Of a DNA stretch of 24,160 nt, positions 17,609-24,033 are shown piece by piece. A program made the position numbers and the translations under genes. The DNA is from a virus. Its lineage: Duplodnaviria > Caudoviricetes. The notes beneath the pieces were generated by a model. That model had not been told where the DNA came from. It saw only the letters and a program-made list of their open reading frames with translations, and ran no database searches. The first letter of the stretch is position 1; the number at the start of each line of letters is the position of its first letter. The stretch covers positions 1-24,160 of the IMG/VR virus record IMGVR_UViG_3300009111_000169. One strand, written 5' to 3'.

Positions 17609-17831
17609 TGTGCTTCCCTCCGAAGATGCGTTCCCATCCCTCTTTGTACGCCTCCGAGTTGCCGGACGCCACGTGCACGCCCTTTCGCCCGGAGCGGCAG
17701 AACTGCTTCATCAGCCGGTCCCGCGTGCGTTGCTCGGTGGGGGTCCACGTCTTCCCATCGCGCGCCAGTTTGCGCATGGAGGTTGAGCGCACCTTGCCGG
17801 ACTTCTCGTTGAGTGGATGGCCTCTACCCAT
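17595..17831 (-). CDS. Hypothetical basic phage protein (78 aa, MGRGHPLNEK...)
   Basis: Start overlaps the upstream stop. SD GGAGG. C-terminal SEAYKEGWERIFG motif resembles small phage ORFs I recall. Confidence 0.65.
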   Translation of the reverse strand: MGRGHPLNEKSGKVRSTSMRKLARDGKTWTPTEQRTRDRLMKQFCRSGRKGVHVASGNSEAYKEGWERIFGGKHNDTR

Positions 17832-18408
17832 GGACGGCCTCCGGCGGCGGATTGAACTGGTTTGTCCCGTCGCTGATGGTGTCGAGCGCCTCTTCGCGCA
17901 CGATGGCCTCCCCGCCCACGGGCTCCGGCTCCGCGTCCGTGATGATGATCCGCGGCGCTGGCTTCCCTCTGCCCTGGCTCGCCAGGAAGGCCCGCTGCTC
18001 CTCCATCCGCGCCAGTTGCTCCGGCGTGGCGTTGGCGAACGGGTCCGGCAGTGCTGGGATGGGCTTGCCGGCCTTTTTCGCGGCCTCGTACTCACGGCGC
18101 TCGGGGGTGTTGAGGATGGGCGTCGCCTTCAGGAGGCGCCCGCTACCAAGGCCTGGCGCTAGGTCATCGCCGAAAGCCACCGCTCGTTCTTGGGCGCGCT
18201 CGTCGAGGCCGATGTTCTTGATCGTGACCGGTCCGAGGTGCGCCATTCCGGGCGGCATCGTCGGATCCTCCACCACGCGAACGCCCATCAGCGCGCGCAC
18301 CTTCGCGTGCTGCTGCTGGAGATGCTCCAGCGCCCGCAGGACGGCCGGGAGGTGTTCGAGAGCCCGAAGATCCTCGGCCGAGAGGCCGGACTTGCGGCGG
18401 GGGCTCAT
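17824..18408 (-). CDS. Hypothetical protein (194 aa)
   Basis: SD GGAGG, ATGA overlap, GC3-rich codons. Confidence 0.75.
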   Translation of the reverse strand: MSPRRKSGLSAEDLRALEHLPAVLRALEHLQQQHAKVRALMGVRVVEDPTMPPGMAHLGPVTIKNIGLDERAQERAVAFGDDLAPGLGSGRLLKATPILNTPERREYEAAKKAGKPIPALPDPFANATPEQLARMEEQRAFLASQGRGKPAPRIIITDAEPEPVGGEAIVREEALDTISDGTNQFNPPPEAVHG

Positions 18409-18457
18409 GGGGCCGCCTCCCTCCGAGGATCTTCGGGCTCTCGAACACCTCCCGGCC
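18343..18457. repeat. Perfect 35-bp inverted repeat with a 45-bp loop
   Basis: ggccgggaggtgttcgagagcccgaagatcctcgg (18343-18377) is the exact reverse complement of 18423-18457. Confidence 0.97.
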
Positions 18458-18815
18458 CGGGCACCCGTCCGCCCCCGATGGCCCGAAGGTCATTGACCTT
18501 CGCCAGGAGCCGCTTCGCCTCCACGACTTCCGGACTGCGGAGGAACTGGCGCTGCTCGAACACCTTGGCCAGCATCTTCGCCTCCACCCACTCAGCCCGG
18601 AGCTCCGCCGAGACCTTCAGGGCCGTCTCCGACTGCCGCAAGGCGTCCCGGATGTTGCCCTGATGGACGCTGAGGTCGAAGAGCTTGGCGTTCAGGTCCC
18701 GTGCGGCCTCGGTCAAGTCCTTCAACTCGTCCTTGAACCCGCGGACCGCTTGCTGGAGTTCTTCGCGCACCATCTCCCGCAGCGCCTCGCGCTTCCACCA
18801 CTTGCCTAGAGCCAT
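18405..18815 (-). CDS. Hypothetical coiled-coil protein (136 aa)
   Basis: Overlaps the terminase 3' end. SD GGAG. Heptad-rich. Confidence 0.7.
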   Translation of the reverse strand: MALGKWWKREALREMVREELQQAVRGFKDELKDLTEAARDLNAKLFDLSVHQGNIRDALRQSETALKVSAELRAEWVEAKMLAKVFEQRQFLRSPEVVEAKRLLAKVNDLRAIGGGRVPGPGGVREPEDPRREAAP

Positions 18816-20329
18816 CCGTTCTCCTCCATCTCTTCCCGCCGTTGGGCCTGCATCCGCTCCGCCTCTTCCAGGAACGCCACCTCTACTCTCTCACTTTCCG
18901 CCCGCGCGCGCACTTGTTGCTGGGCATGCCATGCCTCCGACCCCGGCGGCGGCGCCTCCAGCGGGAGCGGGAGGGCGGTGCTGAGGTAGGAGTAGCAGAA
19001 GCGCCAAGCGTAGAGCGTCGCGTCGCAGCAGTGGTTGGGCAGGCCCTGCTTCTCTTCCTTCTTCCCGGCCTCCCGGAGGAGCTTCTGGTCCCAGATGAGC
19101 GAGACCCACTCGCCCACCAGGTCAGCGCATGCACCATCCGTGGTGCGCGCCCGGACGCGACCAAGCAGCATCTCGGTGTTCATCAGCTCGATGAAGTCCG
19201 CCTTGCCCGCCTTGTCCGCGGCCACCCATGGGCAATCCTGCCGGCGGCGCATCTCCTCCACCGACTGCTTGGCCGCGCCGTCCACCATCCACCGGTCGAA
19301 GCCTGCCCCGGTGCGCGCCTCGAGATCGCGCTGGAGCGCCTTGGCTTGCTCCGCCGTGGCCGTCAGGTCCAGGCCCTCGCGGCGGTAGCTGCGCTCGATG
19401 TAGAGGTTCGGGTCGTGGTCGTGGTAGGCGACCACTGACAGCGCCGTGGCGTTCCAGCCGAGATCGCACCCCAGCACGTAGTGCCAGGAGCCCCGGCGGT
19501 AGCTGGGCAGCGCGTCGTAGTCGTTGCGCCCGGCGCGGTAGCGGTAGACCAGCGCCTCCTCGTCTACCACCCACTCCCGCAGGTAGTTGCGTCGGAACCA
19601 GGGCGTCATCTCTACGCCGGGCTTGCGCGCCTTCAGGTCTTCGATCTCCGCCGCCCAGCGTTCGGCGCACGAGGGCTGATCCAGGCCCTCGGGGCGCGTG
19701 GTGTTGTCGTAGGTGGTCCACTCGTGCAGCGTCCAGCCCGACTCCTTGCCCGTCGTCACGTCGTGGAAGAGGCCGCGCACGACGAGGCCGGGCGTGCCCA
19801 GCAGGCAGATCTGCCCGTTGAAGTCCGCTACCGCAGGCTTGAGGACGTGCCAGACGAACGCCTCCAGGTCCGTTGTCCAGTCCTGTGCCTCATCGATGAT
19901 GCACAGCGCGAATTTCTGCCCGAGGGCCTTCCGCTTCTGACGCTCGTCTGCGTCCATGCCCAGCGCGTAGATCATCGAGCCGTTGGGCAGGCGGATGCTC
20001 AGCTCCGTCTCGTTGGTGTGGCACCCCTCGAGCCCGAAGCGCTCGATGATGTCCAAGAGGATGGGACGCCACCAGATGCGCTTGACGTCCGGATGGCTCA
20101 AGCCGGCGATCAGCACATTGCACTTCGACTTCAGCGCGCGCCGGAACGCCTTCACCCCGCCGCTGTACGACTTCGCCGCGCGCCGAGTGCAGAACGCGAA
20201 GAGGAAACGCGAGGCGTCATCCTCGACGAAGCGCCGCTGTGCCGAGAAGCTGCCCCGGAGCAGATCCGGCGGCGCGCCAGCACTGCGCACGCGCTCGCCC
20301 AGCGCCGCGATGCGGTCAGCAAGTCCCAT
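18806..20329 (-). CDS. terL: Terminase large subunit (507 aa)
   Basis: Q motif FSAQRRF, Walker A variant CTRRAAKS, Walker B LCIIDEAQD, coupling motif LLGTP, RNase H-like nuclease VLGCDLG...NHCCDATLYA. Confidence 0.93.
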   Translation of the reverse strand: MGLADRIAALGERVRSAGAPPDLLRGSFSAQRRFVEDDASRFLFAFCTRRAAKSYSGGVKAFRRALKSKCNVLIAGLSHPDVKRIWWRPILLDIIERFGLEGCHTNETELSIRLPNGSMIYALGMDADERQKRKALGQKFALCIIDEAQDWTTDLEAFVWHVLKPAVADFNGQICLLGTPGLVVRGLFHDVTTGKESGWTLHEWTTYDNTTRPEGLDQPSCAERWAAEIEDLKARKPGVEMTPWFRRNYLREWVVDEEALVYRYRAGRNDYDALPSYRRGSWHYVLGCDLGWNATALSVVAYHDHDPNLYIERSYRREGLDLTATAEQAKALQRDLEARTGAGFDRWMVDGAAKQSVEEMRRRQDCPWVAADKAGKADFIELMNTEMLLGRVRARTTDGACADLVGEWVSLIWDQKLLREAGKKEEKQGLPNHCCDATLYAWRFCYSYLSTALPLPLEAPPPGSEAWHAQQQVRARAESERVEVAFLEEAERMQAQRREEMEENGWL

Positions 20330-20373
20330 TCAGCGCGTCGCCGCTTCGTCCGCCGTCAGAACTGGTTTCGCCC

Positions 20374-20652
20374 TCACGAGGCCCTCGCCCGCGCTGATGC
20401 TTCCAGCTCCCGCACCCTGGCCTCCAGGTCCACATCCCGGATGAGTTCGCCCAGCACCTTCAGGGCGTATACCTGCGTCCGCGCGGCCTGGAGGAAGTCC
20501 TCGGTGCTCAGATCGAGCGGACTCCCGTCTGTCGTGCAGGGGTGGCCCTTGATCATCAGCCGGTCGAGGCGATGGCACACGCGCCTGACGGCCTTGCCCA
20601 CGTCCTTGAGCGACGCCAGCCGGCTGACGTGGGACTTGCGCGGCTCACCCAT
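20374..20652 (-). CDS. Putative terminase small subunit-like protein (92 aa, MGEPRKSHV...)
   Basis: Small helical protein ending in a coiled coil (DLEARVRELE), directly upstream of terL. The function call rests on position only. Confidence 0.5.
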   Translation of the reverse strand: MGEPRKSHVSRLASLKDVGKAVRRVCHRLDRLMIKGHPCTTDGSPLDLSTEDFLQAARTQVYALKVLGELIRDVDLEARVRELEASARARAS

Positions 20653-20784
20653 CGGCGTCTCCCACCACCTCCAGGGCGCGCTCAATCAGGGGCGCCCGGA
20701 ACGGATCGTCCACGAAGAAGTCCGTCCGCTGTGCGCGGCGTAGCGCATCTCCGGCGGCGAGGTTCGCCAGGCGCTGGCGCTCGG
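20645..20784 (-). pseudogene. 3' part of an interrupted 54-aa phage ORF (ERQRLANLAAGDALRRAQRTDFFVDDPFRAPLIERALEVVGDADG*)
   Basis: Joins in frame with MSCSPEELA (ATG 21977) if the segment between the 15-bp direct repeats is removed. Its stop overlaps the next start. Confidence 0.7.
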
Positions 20785-21952
20785 GCCTGCCGGCGCGCGG
20801 CGGCGGTGAGGACGGGTACTGGTGCTTCTGCGCCGGGTGCGGCTGGTAGCGCCACCGGCTCATCGGGCCCTCGTCGTCCGGGGGCGGGGGAGTGGCGGGG
20901 CACCCAGGCATCAGCCACAACCGGAGGGGGCGATTCACGGCGACCTCGCCAGTCCCTGGAGCACCTGCTCCAGCGCGGCCAGCCTCCGCCCGCACCGGCC
21001 CTGGGCCACCGCCGTCCCCGGCCGGCCGGTGAGCAGCGAGGCGGCGCGCTCCACCCCGCCGGGCTTCTGGCCGCGCAGCGCGCGGATGGCTCCCTGCCGG
21101 AGGTCCACGGACGGGCGAGGCGCGTCCCCGAGTGCGCGCAGGAGATCCACGGCGAAGGTGCCCCATGCGCCCAGCACCGCCCGCTCGCCGGCGAAGGCGC
21201 GCCAGGTGGAGAGCCCGGGATCCTCGGGAAGGCCGCCCAGGAGGCGTTCCCTGGGCACCTCCAGGAAATGCGGGATGGAGTCGCCCAGGGGCTTGCGTGG
21301 CGCCAGGAACACCTCCAGCCGCTCCCGGTGGAGGGCCGCACCGCGGCGAGGTGTACCAGCTCCGGGGCAAAGCGCTCCGTGGCCCCGAAGGGAGGGGAGT
21401 TCGCCTCGCCGTGTACCAGCACCAGCGCCTGGAGGTGGCGGGAGGCCTCCGGGGCCCACTGGCGGGCAGCGCGGACCCGGCGGCGCTTCGACCTCGGCGG
21501 CCCTTCCCGGGTGGCCAGGCCCTCCAGTTGCCGATCCACCATCCGGTCGAAGGCGTGCAGCATGGGGCCGAAGCGGGCCTCGTCCCCTTCCAGGTGGGAG
21601 AGCACCTCCGCCACCGCCTCCACCGTGGAGAGGCAGTGAGCCGCGGGCTCGCGGCGGATGCGGTAATTGCCGGGGCGGCGCGGGCGAAGGCCGATCCGCG
21701 GGAGCTGCCCGAGGGCGGGGTTCAGCCTGAGCAGCTTGCGGGCCTGGGGCCAGGTGCCGTCGAGCACCAGCAGGGTGCCGGGAGGGCGGTCCGGGCGCGG
21801 GGGATCTCCTTCCGCCTCGGAGGGGAAGAGCAGCGCCACCTCTCCGGAGCGCTCGGCGGCCAGGGACCGGACCCGCTCCACCGCCTGGAAGTCCACCCCG
21901 ACGTGCAGCTCCGAGTTGGCGAGCGCCAGGTGCGCCTGGCGCTGGCGCTCGG
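20770..21952. mobile_element. 1168-bp host-like insertion flanked by 15-bp direct repeats
   Basis: ggcgctggcgctcgg at 20770-20784 and 21938-21952 (19/20 match when extended left). No transposase or integrase inside. Confidence 0.65.
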
Positions 21953-21977
21953 CCAACTCCTCGGGCGAGCAGCTCAT
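20935..21977 (-). pseudogene. tapT: N-truncated, frameshifted DTW-domain tRNA-uridine aminocarboxypropyltransferase with C-terminal extension
   Basis: LLVLDGTWPQARKLL, YRIRREP and CLSTVEAV motifs are present. The N-terminal Cys cluster and LQHPxE region are absent. The frame shifts near 21324-21326 and continues as ERLEVFLAPRKPL... to the stop at 20935. Confidence 0.82.
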
Positions 21978-22276
21978 GGCCTCCACTCCTCATCCACCTC
22001 CACCAGCCGCACCACTCCCCAGGGGATGAGCACCCGGTGGGGCACGTCTACTACCCGGCCGCCGGCAGCATGCCTGGCGCCGACGAAGCGGACCACCACG
22101 CCCAGTGCCGTCAGGCTGAGCGCCAGCTTGTGCGCGATGCCGGCCGGCCCCTCGGCATCCAGCTCTGCCTTGCCGGCCTCCCCGGCCAACCGCCCGGCGT
22201 CGGGCAGGAACACCGCCCCCGACTCCACCCACACCTTGCGGACCTGCGGACGCTTCTTCTCCTGCTGCTCTGCCAT
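21974..22276 (-). CDS. Hypothetical protein, first gene of the late operon (100 aa, MAEQQEKKRP...)
   Basis: Strong SD AGGAGG. ATGA overlap with the downstream start at 21977. Confidence 0.75.
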   Translation of the reverse strand: MAEQQEKKRPQVRKVWVESGAVFLPDAGRLAGEAGKAELDAEGPAGIAHKLALSLTALGVVVRFVGARHAAGGRVVDVPHRVLIPWGVVRLVEVDEEWRP

Positions 22277-22289
22277 CGGACTACCTCCT

Positions 22290-22323
22290 GCTCCAAAATG
22301 GCACAGTTCTCCGGGAATTGCGA
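22290..22323 (-). promoter_or_regulatory. Putative late-operon promoter overlapped by the third operator copy
   Basis: Minus strand reads TCGCAA-17 nt-(TGc)CATTTT. Operator gctccaaaatggcac at 22290-22304 covers the -10 and abuts the SD. Confidence 0.6.
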
Positions 22324-22339
22324 GCGCGCCCGCGTACCC

Positions 22340-22366
22340 GGCGGCGGTCGGCGCCGTACCGCCGCC
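22340..22366. repeat. GC-rich hairpin in the divergent control region
   Basis: ggcggcggt (22340-22348) / accgccgcc (22358-22366) with inner cggcgccg. Confidence 0.6.
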
Positions 22367-22456
22367 CGAATTTCGGACAGATGGAGTGCGCGCGCGCAGT
22401 CCGTTCTGGTCGCCAGTGCGCCGCACCACCAACGATTCCCGGCGCTTACGGCGATC

Positions 22457-22490
22457 TTGCGCTGGCACGGATAGTGATATAGGTATCTGC
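22457..22490 (+). promoter_or_regulatory. Putative leaderless promoter for the plus-strand cassette
   Basis: TTGCGC at 22457-22462, AT-rich gatagtgatataggtat, then ATG at 22491 with no SD. Confidence 0.5.
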
Positions 22491-22718
22491 ATGGACGGCA
22501 AGACCAAGCACTCTCCCGACTGCAACCACGCCTTCGGGCGGCGGACTCCTGGCTGCCCCCGCTGCGATGAGCTGGCGGCCGGTGCCGTTCCCCGCCGTGG
22601 GTGGGGACGAAGCGCCAAGGAGCGCCAGGAGGCGGACCGGGCGCATGCGGCGGCCAGCCGGGCGCACGACTGCCGGGTGAGCGGGTGTGGGGTGGTCTGC
22701 ACTTTCGGAGATTGGTGA
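22491..22718 (+). CDS. Small Cys/His-rich phage protein (75 aa, MDGKTKHSPDC...)
   Basis: H..C..FGRRTPGCPRCDEL...HDC..GCGVVCTFGDW, a pattern I recall from phage hypothetical proteins. Only the 3' end of the track's 21132-22718 ORF looks real. Confidence 0.75.
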   Translation: MDGKTKHSPDCNHAFGRRTPGCPRCDELAAGAVPRRGWGRSAKERQEADRAHAAASRAHDCRVSGCGVVCTFGDW

Positions 22719-22728
22719 GGAGGAGCAC

Positions 22729-22959
22729 ATGGACACGACGCGAATCAACGAGGTGGTGACGGAGTTGGCGGGCGGGGGCGCGGGGTATGCGCCAAACCAC
22801 CGGGGGCCGGAGGGCACCGAGAGCTGGGCGGTGCGCACCGGATGGGTGTGGGTGCCCGTCCGCACCGGTAAGGCGCTCGAGGTGGCGCGGGAGGCCGGGC
22901 TCGCGGTGACGGCGGAGGAGTTGATCAGTGCCCTGGGCGCGCGGGGGATCGACCTGTAG
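22729..22959 (+). CDS. Hypothetical protein (76 aa, MDTTRINEVV...)
   Basis: SD GAGGAGGAG. Confidence 0.7.
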   Translation: MDTTRINEVVTELAGGGAGYAPNHRGPEGTESWAVRTGWVWVPVRTGKALEVAREAGLAVTAEELISALGARGIDL

Positions 22960-23034
22960 CGCCCACCCCGCGCCGGAGAGCGGCCGGCCGTCATGGGCCA
23001 GCGGGGCCTAACGCAGTGCAGAAGGAGCACGACG

Positions 23035-23253
23035 ATGGCAACGCCGAGCAGAGAGCAGGCAATCGAGGACCTCCGCCGGGAGCGGATGGGGCTGGAGAGC
23101 CGGATCGCCGCAATCGACGCGATGATCGGGTGCTGGACCAGATACCCGGACTCCTACCGGCCGAATCTGCGCGAGGACCTCTGCGCCGCCGGGCTGGACC
23201 CGGACGCGGGGGAGGGCCACGGCCAGCCATACCTGGGTACCCAGAGCGCGTAG
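23035..23253 (+). CDS. Hypothetical protein (72 aa, MATPSREQAI...)
   Basis: SD AAGGAG. Confidence 0.7.
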   Translation: MATPSREQAIEDLRRERMGLESRIAAIDAMIGCWTRYPDSYRPNLREDLCAAGLDPDAGEGHGQPYLGTQSA

Positions 23254-23260
23254 CCGTCCA

Positions 23261-23298
23261 CCCCGCCGGAGCACGCGCCGTTCGACTCGGCGCCGGGG
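23261..23298 (+). ncRNA. tRNA-like minihelix (T-arm mimic) in an intergenic leader
   Basis: ccccg...gcgccg-TTCGACT-cggcgc-cgggg. Confidence 0.5.
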
Positions 23299-23325
23299 CC
23301 TCACCACGCAGTCAAGGAGCACGCC

Positions 23326-23532
23326 ATGCCATCGTCCGACTCGCTCGATTCGTTCCGCACCACCACCTACCGACGGGCCAACGGCAGCCAGGCCACGGCG
23401 GCGGAGCACAAGCGCCACCGCCGGGCGTCGTTCCCCTCGTCCGACTACGGGGACCGGAGGAGCACGCCGCGCGGTCGGGGCGGCCCCGTCGTCATCCCCG
23501 GCGCCGCGTGCGCGACGGTGGACGCGCTGTGA
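23326..23532 (+). CDS. Hypothetical basic protein (68 aa)
   Basis: SD AAGGAG in the same conserved leader as the upstream gene. Confidence 0.6.
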   Translation: MPSSDSLDSFRTTTYRRANGSQATAAEHKRHRRASFPSSDYGDRRSTPRGRGGPVVIPGAACATVDAL

Positions 23533-23632
23533 GCCCCGACGGGCAGGCGTAGACACAGCGGCCACTCGCGGGAGAGCCGACGATCTCCCGCTACCAGCGC
23601 AGCGCCGGGTACGCTCCGGCATCGGAGGAGTC

Positions 23633-23926
23633 ATGCACCCTAGCGGCACCGCAGTCGGACGCACCGTTCACTATTACCCCGAGACACCAGCTCACCTCAA
23701 CGGGGGGCCGCTCGCTCCACCTCGGGCCGCCATCATCACGGGCGTCATTGGCCTGATGGCGGGTGGCGCCATCGAATCGCCAGTGCGGGATTTCGGTTTC
23801 GGGGGCAAGGTCTACCTGACCGTGTTCGAGCCCCTCTCGGCGGGCGAGTCCGAGTCCTATCGGTGCTGGGCCGCCTACTCGGCGGAGCCGGCGGCGGGGT
23901 GCTGGTCCTTCCCTCCGCGCGTCTAG
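23633..23926 (+). CDS. Conserved-type phage hypothetical protein (97 aa)
   Basis: SD GGAGGAG. GRTVHY...PRAAIIT...VYLTVF...GCWSFPPRV pattern recalled from phage ORFs. Confidence 0.8.
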   Translation: MHPSGTAVGRTVHYYPETPAHLNGGPLAPPRAAIITGVIGLMAGGAIESPVRDFGFGGKVYLTVFEPLSAGESESYRCWAAYSAEPAAGCWSFPPRV

Positions 23927-23960
23927 GCACCCCCGCCCCGAGCCGCATCGGGGGCAGTAC

Positions 23961-24033
23961 GCCGGGGTAGCTCAGCAGGTAGAGCACCCGCCCTGTAAGC
24001 GGGGTGTCGCGGGTTCGAGTCCCGCACCCGGCT
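23961..24033 (+). tRNA. trnT: tRNA-Thr(UGU), atypical (C33, G7:A66 mismatch, no encoded CCA)
   Basis: Cloverleaf gccgggg-ta-gctc-agcaggta-gagc-a-cccgc-cctgtaa-gcggg-gtgtc-gcggg-ttcgagt-cccgc-acccggc-t. G1-C72 and C2-G71 fit Thr identity. Confidence 0.85.

Noticed and set aside
4657-18457. CRISPR array or DGR template/variable repeat interpretation of the 36-bp and 35-bp repeats
   Set aside because: No spacers, no adenine-specific mismatches, and no cas or reverse transcriptase gene in the window.
2084-20743. Long plus-strand ORFs (2084-3562, 3628-4635, 5945-7576, 12474-14054, 15343-16380, 19481-20743 etc.)
   Set aside because: Antisense shadows of GC3-rich genes, with no SDs or recognisable motifs.
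20770-21952. IS element or attL/attR interpretation of the direct repeats
   Set aside because: No transposase, integrase or terminal inverted repeats in or near the segment.
20682-21986. 434-aa ORF as an intact DTW auxiliary gene acting on the phage tRNA (U47 at 24007)
   Set aside because: The N-terminal DTW motifs are missing and the C-terminal half is out-of-frame sequence. U47 is common in tRNAs, so a functional pairing is unsupported.
21132-22718. 528-aa plus-strand ORF
   Set aside because: Only the last 75 codons (from ATG 22491) look like a gene. The rest is antisense to DTW and the 100-aa ORF.
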